A stretch of DNA of 64,000 nt from Coleofasciculus chthonoplastes F2-STO-03 (GTDB lineage: Bacteria > Cyanobacteriota > Cyanobacteriia > Cyanobacteriales > Coleofasciculaceae), in NCBI GenBank assembly GCA_040222015.1, contig JAVJWO010000216.1, positions 32,001-96,000 of the forward strand, written 5' to 3'. The notes under the pieces were generated by a model. It did not search any database, was not told the origin of the DNA, and was given only the letters and a program-made list of their open reading frames with translations. A program made the position numbers and the translations under genes. Positions 39,414 to 50,448 of this stretch are shown piece after piece. Position 1 is the stretch's first letter. Every line of letters begins with the position of its first letter.

Positions 39414-40394
39414 TTATAAACGACGTTGAATGATATTTGGTGCAGCAACGGCTGCTTGTTTGTACCGACCATTGATTTGTTTTTGATCGTAAACCCCTAG
39501 CCAAACCGCTAGTAATTGGTCTGTTAATTTTTGCCTCTCTTTGAAGACCGGAATTTTTAGGGCAGCAACTCGCCAGCTAACTGGAATACCGTTGATACCG
39601 TTATAAACACCCGCTAATGCCCCTGTCAAAGCTGCCGTTACTGGGTTGTGGTAACCACTACGAACGGCACGGATGACACAGAGACGAAAATCTTCGGGTG
39701 TATAGAGGAAAAAATAAAAGCTTAAAGCGATCGCCATATCTGATACATCCCCCCTATTACCTAAATTTGCTGGTAGACGGCGCACCTTCCTCGTGGTGGT
39801 TTCTAAATCTGCACCTGCTTCTATGAGGGTTTGAACCTGTTGTAATCGGTAGGCTAAGAGGGTTTGCTCTGTCCCTAAGCATCTCAGGATGTGGGGAATC
39901 AGGGTTGTTCGGTTAAGGGTTTCGGTGAGAGTCAGAGCCATGGCGGTAGCGATTGCCAACACCCCAACCGAGGCGTTGGTTTCGAGTTGCCAAATTGCTG
40001 CCGCCTGAACCAGGTGTTGCCGTAACCACTCTTGATTTTCGTGAAAAAAAAGCGCCATTGGCAGAGTTGCCACCGCTGCTTCGCTGCTTTGTGCTTTCCC
40101 TTTCAATTCTAGGAGTGAGGGTTGGGTTTGGCTACAGCGAATGATCCAATCGTCTATATCCAGCCTGCCTGTGTCAATTAAACTCTCGATTCCACAAGTG
40201 GCGATTTGACTCCAAGCGGAGAGTTTGGGAATACAGAGGTGGGACTGACTCGGTTTTGGTTGGCTTGTGGTGAACTGAAGCGATTCTCTGCCAACTGGAT
40301 TACCAAGTCCTTGATCAAGCTGATGGCTGACCAGCTCACCGATCAAGCTACCCAATAATGCTCCTTGAAATCGGCACAGAAGAGAATGCTGCAT
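39414..40394 (-). CDS. ADP-ribosylglycohydrolase-family protein (metal ligands degenerate)
   Basis: RFQGALLG, TAALTGALAGVYNG..GIP.SW fold motifs. Confidence 0.8.
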   Translation of the reverse strand: MQHSLLCRFQGALLGSLIGELVSHQLDQGLGNPVGRESLQFTTSQPKPSQSHLCIPKLSAWSQIATCGIESLIDTGRLDIDDWIIRCSQTQPSLLELKGKAQSSEAAVATLPMALFFHENQEWLRQHLVQAAAIWQLETNASVGVLAIATAMALTLTETLNRTTLIPHILRCLGTEQTLLAYRLQQVQTLIEAGADLETTTRKVRRLPANLGNRGDVSDMAIALSFYFFLYTPEDFRLCVIRAVRSGYHNPVTAALTGALAGVYNGINGIPVSWRVAALKIPVFKERQKLTDQLLAVWLGVYDQKQINGRYKQAAVAAPNIIQRRL

Positions 40395-40867
40395 TAATTT
40401 GCTCTTGCCCCTGTTTTCAGGGTATGGACGAGAGCTAAGAGTCCCAAGCGATAACTTTCGGCTCCAAAACCGCTGATCTGACCAACAGCTATGGGGGCGA
40501 TGAATGAGTGATGTCGAAATGGTTCGCGCTGATAGATATTACTCAAGTGTACTTCCACTACAGGCAGAGCTACGGCGGCTAAGGCGTCGCGTATGGCTAC
40601 ACTGGTATGAGTATAAGCACCAGCATTAATTAATATCCCCTGATGCTGCGTTCTCGCTGCTTGTATGGCATCAACTAAAACACCTTCATGGTTGGATTGT
40701 AACGTCACAACTTTGCAGGATAATGACTTTGCCTCCTGTTGCAGGAGTTGGTCAATTTCTGCCAAGGTTACAGACCCATAAATACCAGGCTCTCGGAGTC
40801 CTAGAAGATTCAAGTTTGGACCATGGAGGACGAGAATACTGAAAGAACTCCGAGCTTCATTCGGCAC
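40394..40867 (-). CDS. aroQ: Type II 3-dehydroquinate dehydratase
   Basis: [49 protein letters not shown]. Confidence 0.97.
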   Translation of the reverse strand: MPNEARSSFSILVLHGPNLNLLGLREPGIYGSVTLAEIDQLLQQEAKSLSCKVVTLQSNHEGVLVDAIQAARTQHQGILINAGAYTHTSVAIRDALAAVALPVVEVHLSNIYQREPFRHHSFIAPIAVGQISGFGAESYRLGLLALVHTLKTGARAN

Positions 40868-40876
40868 GTTAACTAA

Positions 40877-41017
40877 TTATCGAGAACGACGGCGTGGATT
40901 ATTCACCGGAATGGGGATGAGTTCTGGTTCCGGCTGAGGTTCAGGACCCAAGAGGGTTCCAACCAGCTTGCGTGCCCATTCTTTCAGTTTTTCCAACACC
41001 TTTTCTATATAATCCAT
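40877..41017 (-). CDS. Small cyanobacterial hypothetical protein (46 aa)
   Basis: MDYIEKVLEKLKEWARKL..LLGPEPQPEPELIPIPV; CAGGAG RBS-like sequence upstream. Confidence 0.7.
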   Translation of the reverse strand: MDYIEKVLEKLKEWARKLVGTLLGPEPQPEPELIPIPVNNPRRRSR

Positions 41018-41373
41018 TAAACTGAATGCTCCTGTGAGACAACTTAATAGGTTTTTGACCGTCTTAACAACAGGACGAGTGCTAGAAGCCTTTTTCAGCA
41101 CTACTTTGGGAACTCTTGGGCGCTTTGTTTATTAGGCGCTTTGGTGAAAACCTTGCCCCAGTTAAGACTATGACGCTGATATTAAACTGAGCGGTTTTCC
41201 TATTCCTATACACCGTCTGGATCGTTTTAACCCATCTGTTGCATTTCTTAACGTTCAGCATAACACACAACCCCACAGCCTAGCTATCCCCTAAATGGAA
41301 TATGAAGTCGATCCTGCGATCGCAACGGTTTTAGCTTCCCTACTTTCAGTTATAACTCAAGTTAGATGTGAGC

Positions 41374-42630
41374 CTAATGATATTGCTGCAATAATCGGCG
41401 TCGCAGTTGGTCGAGGGCATAACAGGCACTCCAATGACGAACCGAAGCCCGATCGCGATCGCGACCAAAGTTATATTTAAAACACTCAACTCGATCATCT
41501 GGCGTCGCCAAACCGATATATACCAACCCCACTGGCTTAGATTCATTCCCACCGCCGGGTCCAGCAATACCCGTAATACTCACACCCCAATCCGTTGCCA
41601 GCCGCGATCGCACACCCAATGCCATTTGCTGGGCAACCTGTTTACTCACCGCTCCCCATTTATCCAGATCTGATGACTTAACGCCGAGTAATGATACTTT
41701 TACGTCATTGCTATAAGAAATTATCCCACCATTAAAATAGTCAGAACTTCCGGGAACTGCTGTCAATAAACTACCCACACCCCCTCCCGTACAAGATTCG
41801 GCTACACTCACGGTTTGATGCGCCTCCCCCAATTGCTGACCAACCACCGACGCTAGGGTATCTGCGTCTGACCCAAAATAGTCTGCTCCGGCAATCTGTT
41901 TTAATTGCTTGACAACGGGGTCAATTTGGTGTAATGCCTCATCTTGAGATGACGCACGGGCGCTCACTCGTAACCGGACTTCTCCCTGAGAGGCGTAGGG
42001 GGCGACGGTGGGGTTGGTTAAGTCCAAAAACGACGCGATTTTTTCGGCTAACGCGGATTCCCCAATCCCCCAGAATCGTAAGGTTTGACTGTAGATAATT
42101 TGCTGTCCCCAACCTTGACCTTTGAGATAGGGAACCGCTGTTTCTCGCCACATCCCCTGCATTTCACTGGGAACACCGGGAAAAGTAAGAATCGTCAAAC
42201 CGGGACGCGGTTGCCAGATTATACCCGGTGCGGTTCCCTTAGGGTTTGGTAAAACCTTCGCCCCTTCCGGAATTAGGGCTTGCTTGCGATTACTGGGGGT
42301 CATTTGACGCCCCCGTTCAGCAAATTTGCGAGCAATATCCTCAATGATGTCAAATTGCTCAATCAGGGGAACACCGAAAAAATCCGCTAAGGTTTCCGTG
42401 GTCAAGTCATCTGGCGTCGGTCCAAGTCCACCCGTAAAAATCAGAATCGCTGAGCGATCGCACGCTATTGCCAAGACTTGCTTTAACCGAGACGGATTAT
42501 CTCCCACAACGGTTTGATAGTAGTGAGGAATACCCAGATTTGCCAGTTCGAGGGCTAAAAACTGGGCATTCGTGTTAAGAATATCCCCCAGTAGTAACTC
42601 TGTACCAACACAAATGATTTCTGCGCTCAT
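41374..42630 (-). CDS. cinA: Competence/damage-inducible protein A (MocF + NMN deamidase)
   Basis: CVGTELLLG, TGGLGPTPDDLT, AESCTGG, ITGIAGPGGG. Confidence 0.96.
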   Translation of the reverse strand: MSAEIICVGTELLLGDILNTNAQFLALELANLGIPHYYQTVVGDNPSRLKQVLAIACDRSAILIFTGGLGPTPDDLTTETLADFFGVPLIEQFDIIEDIARKFAERGRQMTPSNRKQALIPEGAKVLPNPKGTAPGIIWQPRPGLTILTFPGVPSEMQGMWRETAVPYLKGQGWGQQIIYSQTLRFWGIGESALAEKIASFLDLTNPTVAPYASQGEVRLRVSARASSQDEALHQIDPVVKQLKQIAGADYFGSDADTLASVVGQQLGEAHQTVSVAESCTGGGVGSLLTAVPGSSDYFNGGIISYSNDVKVSLLGVKSSDLDKWGAVSKQVAQQMALGVRSRLATDWGVSITGIAGPGGGNESKPVGLVYIGLATPDDRVECFKYNFGRDRDRASVRHWSACYALDQLRRRLLQQYH

Positions 42631-42709
42631 TGGTTTGTCCTTTGTCCTTGGTCATTTGTCCTTGGGCAAAATAGAGAATAGCAAACAGCCGACTTGACGC
42701 TCCCTCATA

Positions 42710-42765
42710 TTACAAATGACAAATGACAAATGACGAATGACGAATGACGAATGACGAATGACCAA
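42710..42765. repeat. STRR heptamer tract (CAAATGA/CGAATGA)
   Basis: Visible tandem 7-mers. Confidence 0.85.
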
Positions 42766-42766
42766 A

Positions 42767-44050
42767 TTACACCAATGTAGGTACAGGAATATTGAGATGG
42801 GGATATAAGGGGAAGCGATCGCACAATTGTGCCACACGACGCCGACAATCAGCGGCGATGGTTTCATCCTCTGGATTGAGTAAGCGATCGGCAATAATAT
42901 CACCAATCTCGATAAATTCAGCCACTCCCATTCCCCGTGTCGTCATCGCCGGGGAACCTAGACGTAAGCCACTGGTGACAAAGGGAGACTCTGGATCAAA
43001 GGGAACCGTATTTTTATTCGCGGTAATATTCACACCACTCACCAGTTGATCTGCCCGTTTCCCGGTCATGGAAATACAGCGTAAATCCACGAGCATTAAA
43101 TGATTATCCGTCCCGCCAGAGACAATTTTCAGACCCCGTTTTTGCAGTTGACTGGCGAGGGCTTGGGCATTTTCAATCACATTCGCCGAATAGTCTTTGA
43201 ATGAGGGTTGTAACGCTTCACCAAACGCCACAGCTTTCGCCGCGATCGCATGTTCTAATGGACCGCCCTGAGTTCCTGGGAACACCGCTTTATCCAGCTT
43301 TTTCCCTAGTTCCGGATCACGGGTGAGAATTAAACCGCCTCGGGTTCCTCGCAGGGTTTTATGGGTGGTTGTCGTAACCACATCACAATGAGGAATAGGG
43401 TTGGGATGATGACCCGTCGCCACTAACCCGGCGATATGGGCAATATCCGCCAACAGATAAGCGCCCACTTCATCAGCAATGCTGCGGAATTTTTCAAAGT
43501 CGATAATACGCGGATAAGCCGAATAGCCACAAATCAGCATCTGGGGGCGTTCTTTGAGGGCAAGTTCGCGCACCTGATCATAATCCAGTTGCTCGGTTTC
43601 CGGATTAACACCATAGTGACAAACCTTAAACCACTTCCCCGACACATTCACAGGCGAACCATGGGTGAGGTGTCCCCCATGGGATAAATCCATCCCCATA
43701 ATCCTGTCTCCCGGCTTGAGCAGCGCCAGGAATACGGCAAAATTGGCTTGAGCGCCGGAATGGGGTTGGACATTCGCATGAGCTGCACCAAAGAGCCGTT
43801 TAGCCCGGTCAATGGCAAGCTGTTCTACCTTATCGATGAATTCACAACCGCCATAGTAGCGCTTTCCGGGTAAGCCTTCGGCGTACTTATTGGTTAAGAC
43901 TGAGCCTTGAGCCGCCAGTACAGCCGGGGAGGTAAAGTTTTCACTAGCAATCAGTTCCAGATGGTCACGCTGGCGTTGGAGTTCTTGGCTGATTCCCTCA
44001 GCGACTTCTGGGTCTGTTTGGGCGAGAAAATCTAAGTTCGTTTGAGTCAC
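42767..44050 (-). CDS. glyA: Serine hydroxymethyltransferase
   Basis: [36 protein letters not shown] 44050 likely start. Confidence 0.98.
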   Translation of the reverse strand: MTQTNLDFLAQTDPEVAEGISQELQRQRDHLELIASENFTSPAVLAAQGSVLTNKYAEGLPGKRYYGGCEFIDKVEQLAIDRAKRLFGAAHANVQPHSGAQANFAVFLALLKPGDRIMGMDLSHGGHLTHGSPVNVSGKWFKVCHYGVNPETEQLDYDQVRELALKERPQMLICGYSAYPRIIDFEKFRSIADEVGAYLLADIAHIAGLVATGHHPNPIPHCDVVTTTTHKTLRGTRGGLILTRDPELGKKLDKAVFPGTQGGPLEHAIAAKAVAFGEALQPSFKDYSANVIENAQALASQLQKRGLKIVSGGTDNHLMLVDLRCISMTGKRADQLVSGVNITANKNTVPFDPESPFVTSGLRLGSPAMTTRGMGVAEFIEIGDIIADRLLNPEDETIAADCRRRVAQLCDRFPLYPHLNIPVPTLV

Positions 44051-44278
44051 GTCCGTCAATCCCTTACGATGCTATTGCCGTGCAGTTGGGTTCATAAACG
44101 TTTTACCACATTGCCCGTTGCCGTTGCTTTGCTCAAACTCTCACCCCTCTCCCCTGCGTTTCTCAGAGGTAAGTATCCAATGGATGAAAGTTAAGCTCTG
44201 TGTTGATCGAGAGCCTCTAGCTATAGACGTAAATTAAGATGGGATCAGCGCTCTAGTGGAATTGACCGGAGGCGTTCT

Positions 44279-44476
44279 ATGTTAGTTATCCTTACCGAAG
44301 AGCAAATTTTGTCCCCGACTCAAGTTTGTCAAAGCTGTTTGCTGGCTGACAGCAAGGGTCAACCCCGTTGGCGTCGGGGTAAGCTGGGATGTGGTCATGC
44401 CATTCGTAAACTCACACCCCATCAACCGGAGCAATATGAGTGCGAAATGGGTTTCCGCATCGCTAACCTTGAATAG
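44279..44476 (+). CDS. Small Cys-rich cyanobacterial hypothetical protein
   Basis: GGAGG RBS; VCQSCLLAD..GQPRW..G.L.CG..YECEMGFR. Confidence 0.8.
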   Translation: MLVILTEEQILSPTQVCQSCLLADSKGQPRWRRGKLGCGHAIRKLTPHQPEQYECEMGFRIANLE

Positions 44477-44645
44477 TTGATCATCTGGGACAAGAAACTG
44501 AACTATTGTCCGAGTCGGAAATAATTCATAAATCCTGACATAAAACCCATAACAAGCGATGACCGCGTTCATCGAAACGGGTCACCTACGTTATCCTGAA
44601 AATAGCTAGATAGCGATTTGAACCACCCGAAAAGGAGAAGCAACG

Positions 44646-45122
44646 ATGACTTGGCGCGGCTCAACAACAGTTAAAGACCGAATTTTTGCAGCGCTGCCCT
44701 ATCTGCTGCCTTTATTGTACGCACTGCCGTTTGGTGTTTTTCTACTCAGACAGTTTCCTGTCCTAAATATTATTCGTGTACCGCTCTCTCCTTTAATTTT
44801 CATTCAAAGAACAATTCCATTTGCGGGACTGATTCTTTTCTTTGTCTTATTTTTAGCCGTTGTCAGGAATGAAAGAATTGCCCACTTTATTCGTTTTAAT
44901 ACGATGCAGGCGATTCTTTTAGATATTCTACTGGTTCTATGTAGTTTTGCCATGAGCATTCTCGGACGAGGATTGGGAGCGAACTTTTTCATCGAAACCC
45001 TATCCAATGTGATCTTTTTAGGTACGCTTGCGGCTTGCGGCTATGGGATAGTTCAGTCATTGCTGGGGCGCTACGCCGAAATTCCCACACTTTCGGAAGC
45101 GGTTTACGCCCAAGTTCGATGA
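44646..45122 (+). CDS. Tic20/Ycf60-family membrane protein
   Basis: DRIFAALPYLLPL, HFIRFNTMQAILLDI, YAEIPTLSEAVYAQV. Confidence 0.93.
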   Translation: MTWRGSTTVKDRIFAALPYLLPLLYALPFGVFLLRQFPVLNIIRVPLSPLIFIQRTIPFAGLILFFVLFLAVVRNERIAHFIRFNTMQAILLDILLVLCSFAMSILGRGLGANFFIETLSNVIFLGTLAACGYGIVQSLLGRYAEIPTLSEAVYAQVR

Positions 45123-45124
45123 TT

Positions 45125-45254
45125 GGTCTATTCGTCATTGGTCATTCGTCATTGGTCATTCGTCATTCGTCATTCGTCATTGGTCATTCGTCATTCGTCA
45201 TTGGTCATTCGTCATTGGTCATTCGTCATTGGTCATTCGTCATTCGTCATTCGT
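45125..45254. repeat. STRR heptamer tract (GTCATTC/GTCATTG)
   Basis: Long run of tandem 7-mers between convergent genes. Confidence 0.9.
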
Positions 45255-45298
45255 TTATGTAAGGGTTTGAGGATTATTGAAAAACCGTTTAACCCAGC

Positions 45299-46090
45299 TT
45301 AAAGGGTGACGGGTGCAGAACGGGGAACAACGGTGTTCTCTAAATGACCAATCCCTTCAATTTCCACACGGACGCGATCGCCGATTTCCATTGGACCAAT
45401 CCCTCGTGGCGTACCGGTAAGGATTACGTCTCCAGGAAGCAGGGTCATAATCTGAGAAATATAGGAAACTAAGACATCCGGGGCAAATACCATTTGATCA
45501 ATGGATGCCGATTGTACCGGTTCCGGCGCATCGTTTAAAAACGTCTGCAACTTCGCCCCAGCACTCACCTCCCGCACAATCCAAGGACCTAGGGGACAAA
45601 AGGTATTAAAACCCTTTGCCCTCGTCCATTGACCGTCTTGTTTTTGTAAGTCGCGAGCGGTGACATCGTTGGCGATGGTGTACCCCCAAATTTTTCCTTG
45701 GGCTTGTTCGGGCGTACAGTCTACACAGAGTTCACCAATCACCAGCGCCAACTCTCCCTCATAGTCCACCCGTTTTGACTGAGGCGGAAACTGGATGTCT
45801 CGATCCGCCGCCGTTATGGTTGTCGGTGGTTTGAGAAACAACAAGGGTTCCTGGGGAACAGGTGTTCCCATTTCAACGGCGTGATCCATATAGTTTTTTC
45901 CAACGGCGACAATCTTGGATGGCGCACAGGGAGCCAACAATGTATAACTATCCGGTGCTAACTCCAGATCAGTCGGTTGACCCTGTAGCCACGGCGGTGC
46001 ATCTAAAACTTGGATACTGCGGTTGAGTTGCAGCAAGCCATAGTAGGTTTGCCCTTGAGCCGTTTTAATTCGGACGTAGCGCTGCGCCAT
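45299..46090 (-). CDS. Fumarylacetoacetate hydrolase family protein
   Basis: PSKIVAVGKNY..H, DYEGELALVIG, NDVTARD, LLPGDVILTGTP. Confidence 0.95.
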   Translation of the reverse strand: MAQRYVRIKTAQGQTYYGLLQLNRSIQVLDAPPWLQGQPTDLELAPDSYTLLAPCAPSKIVAVGKNYMDHAVEMGTPVPQEPLLFLKPPTTITAADRDIQFPPQSKRVDYEGELALVIGELCVDCTPEQAQGKIWGYTIANDVTARDLQKQDGQWTRAKGFNTFCPLGPWIVREVSAGAKLQTFLNDAPEPVQSASIDQMVFAPDVLVSYISQIMTLLPGDVILTGTPRGIGPMEIGDRVRVEIEGIGHLENTVVPRSAPVTL

Positions 46091-46560
46091 GATATTAGAG
46101 ATTCCTTGGTAATTGAATGAGAGCATTCTACTGGTATGGGATTTTGATTGACCGGAAATAATGGGTCACAAGCCGCGTCCTTGTCTTGTCGGACGGCTTT
46201 TAAAATTTTTCGGATAGTCTATACTGCTGTAGTATAGGAAACAAACAGTTAACGAAAACCAAGTGCTGCCTAAGTCGCGGGAGGGCATTCCGAGACTATA
46301 ATAAGACCGTTCCGAAAAACCTATACAGAACTATGCATATTTAGGCATACAAAAAATAGTAAAATTGCAAGAGTATAATCTGGGTGGATTGTCTGCACTC
46401 AAGCCTAGAGGTAGGAAAGAACCCAGATTTGCCATAGAGTAAAGCAGTCAAATCTGCTCCTATCCTTGCTTCTTTGAGCGGGATAGCTTCTTGGTGCAAA
46501 CGCTGTGGCTATCTCGAATCAGCAAAAGAAGCCCAATTGTCCATAAGGAGAAGACCATTT

Positions 46561-46890
46561 GTGAGCGATAGTTACGAAATGATGTACATCCTGCGTCCTG
46601 ATTTGTCAGAGGAGCAGGTTAACCAAGCGGTGACCAAGTATAAAGATCTCCTGCAAGAGCAAGGCGGTGAGGAGGTTGAAATCCAACATCGTGGTAAGCG
46701 TCGTTTGGCTTATCCCATCGAAAGACACCGTGAAGGCGTCTACATCCAAATGAACTATAAAGCGCCCCCAACTCATGTGGCTCAGCTTCAGCGAGCGATG
46801 CGCTATGGAGATGAGGTGATTCGTTATCTGACGCTGAAACAGGAACTTCCCCCCGAACCCCAACCCGAACCGGTTGAGGTAGAAGCTTAA
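46561..46890 (+). CDS. rpsF: 30S ribosomal protein S6
   Basis: YEMMYILRPDL, GKRRLAYPI, EGVYIQMNY, EVIRYL; AAGGAG upstream of GTG. Confidence 0.97.
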   Translation: MSDSYEMMYILRPDLSEEQVNQAVTKYKDLLQEQGGEEVEIQHRGKRRLAYPIERHREGVYIQMNYKAPPTHVAQLQRAMRYGDEVIRYLTLKQELPPEPQPEPVEVEA

Positions 46891-47110
46891 CCAGGTATAG
46901 CAATCGCCATAGCGGTTAGGACGCATCTTATGGTAGAGACGTTGCCGGCAACGTCTCTATGGTGATGGCATAGAACACCTTTAATCCATGAGCAGCCCAA
47001 TAAGTCCTGACTTAGGCAACAATAATAGGAAGAGTCATATTAAGATTACGATCTAGTCTTCCCCCTAAATCTAGTCCTATTGTTGCCCGACGCTCCTGGA
47101 CCCTGCCAGC

Positions 47111-49213
47111 ATGACTGTAACGGATACTGTTGCCCATAAAATTTCGAGCTGGAATCGGCAAATCTATAAACGCTTGAAACTTGTTCTCAGTCTCGGACTA
47201 CGGCGTCAAATTTTGGTGGCGATTTGTGATGATCTGAGTCTGCGGAATCGTCTGGCGGACAAACTTCATGGGGAGTTGGGGACAACCTCTGCGATCGCGC
47301 CTACTAATGGTTCAGGCTCTACTAATTTAGTCAGCCTGAACATTAATGTCAATGATCCCCATCCCTTTGCCCAAGTAGCTGCCTGGTTAGCTCAAAATCG
47401 CCATTCTTCTATCACTACATCCCCTCCCAGTTTCCAACTCCTGGGTGTTGAACGCTTAACCCGTCAATCCCCAACGGTACAGCAACTGTTTCTCCGGCGT
47501 TTACAGTCCATTGAGCGCTATTTGCCCCAGTTAGACGCCAATGTGATACTCTGGCTACCCCGCCCTTGGTTCCATTCCATTGTCCAGTCTGTACCGGAAT
47601 TTTGGCGGTGGCATACTGGGGTATTCGAGTTTGAAGGAGAACCCACACCACTCCCCCCGGTTGGTGCAACCCAACCCGAAGCTTCTCCCACGGCGGTGAT
47701 GACTCAGGAGACAGAGGAGACAGAGGAGACAGAGGAGACAAAGGCTTCGTTCCAAGAAACCTTGCAGACGGTGCTAACCCAGGAAGTGGACGAAAATCTG
47801 GATTGGCAGTTGTTCCAGAATAGTGTGGGCAACAATGGACACTCTCGCGAGGAGGTTGAACCCCTGATTGTCCCGACTAACGGGAAGTCTAATGCTAATC
47901 CGAATGGCAAAGGGAAGCTGGGGGCGGTGGACTTTGAGATGGAGGAAACACCAGTACCGCCGCAAAATCCGCCGACATCCCAACATCCTGCTGATACATC
48001 AACGGAATCCCCAGATCTTCCCCAAACCGCGTCGCCCGCTGAGGCGTATTTACAACTGGGGAATCATTACCGTCATGCGATTGAACAAGGAGACACCTCA
48101 GAAGAAAATTTAGCGATCGCGATTCAGGCGTATGAGCAGGCGTTGCAATGGTTAGATGATACCTCGCCTTACGTGGCGGATGTTCTTAATGATTTGGGGA
48201 ATCTTTACTGGATGCTCTCCCGGTGTCCCCAGGATACAGGGATGCGTCTATCTTATCTGGAACAGGGGATTCAAGCTTATCAATTGGCATTAACCAAATT
48301 AACGGCTCAAGACGCGCCCCACACCTATGCCATGATCCAAAATAATTTAGGGGCAGCCTATGGGGATTTGGCTCGCTATAACGATGTCGCGGATAACTTA
48401 GAACTCTCGATTCGAGCCTACGAAGAAGCATTACACTATCGTAATCCAGAAAATGACCCGCTTAAATATGCCTCTACCCAAAATAACTTAGGTACGGCGT
48501 ATTGGCATCTAGCACAACATCACTCTCCTGTCAATAACTTACAGGCAGCAATTGGGGCGTATGCGGAAGCCCTGTGTTATTACAATAGTCGCTCGAATGC
48601 CACGAATTGGGCGATGATTCAAAATAATTTAGGCACAGCTTATTGGAATCTGGCACAGTATGAACAACCCGAAACCTGGCTGGAGTTAGCGGTGATAGCC
48701 TATAAAGATGCGTTAACCTATCGTACCCCAGAGATGTCTCCGGCTGCCTGTGCCGCGACTCAGAATAATTTGGGTACGGCGTATTGGCATCTGGCGGATC
48801 GCTGTGTGGAAGACTCTCAGAGACGGGCAGACTATTTACGCCATTGTATCGCGGCTTACGAGGTCGCGATCGCGTTAGCCGAGAAATTGGCGCAGAATCA
48901 TCCGCCGACATCGGTTAATTTTGATGTGATCGCCACTCGGAATAATTTGGGACTTGCCCATTACCAGTTTGCCACTCAACCGTCTTTGGGTGGGGTAAAA
49001 GAGGATCAATCCCACCATCTACAAACCGCCCTGCATCAGCATGTTCAAGCTTGTATGGGAGTAGCGGCGCGATCGGATGTTTACCAAACCTCTTTGGACT
49101 ATATCATTAAAACCATTCGCACGTTCTACCAGGAACAAGGAATCAGTGGGCAGAATCTGGCACTTTCTCAGGTACCGGGTCAACTTTTACCGGAAATTTT
49201 GCCACGGCTGTAG
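47111..49213 (+). CDS. Tetratricopeptide repeat protein with degenerate N-terminal ATPase-like domain
   Basis: Repeated A.(I/T)QNNLG.AY TPRs; SVPEFWRW..GVFEF. Confidence 0.9.
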   Translation: MTVTDTVAHKISSWNRQIYKRLKLVLSLGLRRQILVAICDDLSLRNRLADKLHGELGTTSAIAPTNGSGSTNLVSLNINVNDPHPFAQVAAWLAQNRHSSITTSPPSFQLLGVERLTRQSPTVQQLFLRRLQSIERYLPQLDANVILWLPRPWFHSIVQSVPEFWRWHTGVFEFEGEPTPLPPVGATQPEASPTAVMTQETEETEETEETKASFQETLQTVLTQEVDENLDWQLFQNSVGNNGHSREEVEPLIVPTNGKSNANPNGKGKLGAVDFEMEETPVPPQNPPTSQHPADTSTESPDLPQTASPAEAYLQLGNHYRHAIEQGDTSEENLAIAIQAYEQALQWLDDTSPYVADVLNDLGNLYWMLSRCPQDTGMRLSYLEQGIQAYQLALTKLTAQDAPHTYAMIQNNLGAAYGDLARYNDVADNLELSIRAYEEALHYRNPENDPLKYASTQNNLGTAYWHLAQHHSPVNNLQAAIGAYAEALCYYNSRSNATNWAMIQNNLGTAYWNLAQYEQPETWLELAVIAYKDALTYRTPEMSPAACAATQNNLGTAYWHLADRCVEDSQRRADYLRHCIAAYEVAIALAEKLAQNHPPTSVNFDVIATRNNLGLAHYQFATQPSLGGVKEDQSHHLQTALHQHVQACMGVAARSDVYQTSLDYIIKTIRTFYQEQGISGQNLALSQVPGQLLPEILPRL

Positions 49214-49218
49214 AGGAG

Positions 49219-49300
49219 GGTGTGGGGTGTGGGGTGTAGGGGTGTAGGGGTGCAGGGGTGCAGGGGTGCAGGGGTGTTTCTTGAAGGGGTGCAGGGGTGT
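49219..49300. repeat. G-rich short tandem repeat (GGGGTGTA/GGGGTGCA)
   Basis: Visible 7-8-mer tandem copies. Confidence 0.8.
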
Positions 49301-49419
49301 TTCTTGAACTCAGTCAGGGCGGGTTTTGTACAAACGTTACCATTAATAGCCAAACGAAAATTCCTAAACCCGCCCCTACAAACCAGATTCTATTTGCAAG
49401 CGTATTGGGTGAATAGTTT

Positions 49420-49781
49420 TTGACACTCCTCAGCCTGAAGGCGTGAGTAGCGCTTCTTTCATCGAGCGCTCTTACTATGAAACAGGGGTCCTATTTCATA
49501 TTAGAGGAGCATCTCTCCAGAAGCGTTTTGCTCCATTACAGAAGCTAGTTTCGATATGCCCTATCGTAAAGCGAGAAAACAAGAAAAAATGTGTTTTGGG
49601 CGTGCTTGTTGCTTAGACTTTTTACCTGTACAAGCTTTCCTGTACAGAACCCTCTAAGCCTAGTTTTCAAGGTGCGATGCCTATCGGGCCCAGGTTTTTA
49701 TAGAGGTTTAATACCCTTTCCTCTAAGCTAATTCTAAAACAAATTCGTCCTAAAGGACAAGGCTTTATACCCAATTTTTCG
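49420..49781 (-). mobile_element. Non-autonomous IS200/IS605 (IS608-like) derivative lacking tnpA/tnpB
   Basis: Minus strand: TTAC target, AAAG at +16..+19 before hairpin CCTTGTCCTTTAGGAC; tnpB 3'-end-like ACGATAGGGCATATCGAAACT; right-end hairpin CTCACGCCTTCAGGCTGAG ending GTGTCAA. Confidence 0.8.
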
Positions 49782-49886
49782 GTAAAAGTATAGTCAAATA
49801 TAGATAGACTGAATTTCATTTCAGAAATTCCCTCTTGCCTGGGTATAGCATAATCTGCGTCGGCTACGATATGACCTTTGAGACGT

Positions 49887-50207
49887 TTATCTTGAGAATT
49901 CAATGGCGACAATTCGACCATACGCCACCCACACGTCGGTTCCGGGTTCTAATCGACCCAATTTCCAACGGGCGACGGCAATTGTTTTGTGTTCACCATT
50001 GTCCATTTCAATTGTGGCAAAGTTAGAGACGCGGCTGACAACTTCTCCGTGTTTGGGTTGCACGGGTTCAGCTTCTGTTGTATTAGGAGTATTGGGATTG
50101 AGTGAACCTTCGCCCAGGGGACGTGCGATCGCAGAGGTTCCCGCAACAGCACAGAGTACGGCACTTAGTATTGTACCTGTTAGGAGTTTTGGTGTGAAAA
50201 TTCGCAT
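49887..50207 (-). CDS. Hypothetical secreted protein
   Basis: Signal peptide (..AGTSAIA-R), small beta-rich C-terminus. Confidence 0.65.
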   Translation of the reverse strand: MRIFTPKLLTGTILSAVLCAVAGTSAIARPLGEGSLNPNTPNTTEAEPVQPKHGEVVSRVSNFATIEMDNGEHKTIAVARWKLGRLEPGTDVWVAYGRIVAIEFSR

Positions 50208-50448
50208 ATAAACTTGTTAATTCGGCAACAGGTTAATTTTTTTCTGGAATTAAACCTACTTTTAGCTTAGTGCTTTTAGCTTAGAAGTTCAACTGTGATG
50301 GAATCATGACTCGAATGATAGACTTTTGCTCTGATGCGTAAGTGGTAGAGAAAAGAGACGGATATCTATCTTTTGGGGGTTGACTCTATCAAATAGGGTT
50401 TTGAAGCAACGGATCTGCTTCAGCATTCCCATCGACTGGATGTAATAA

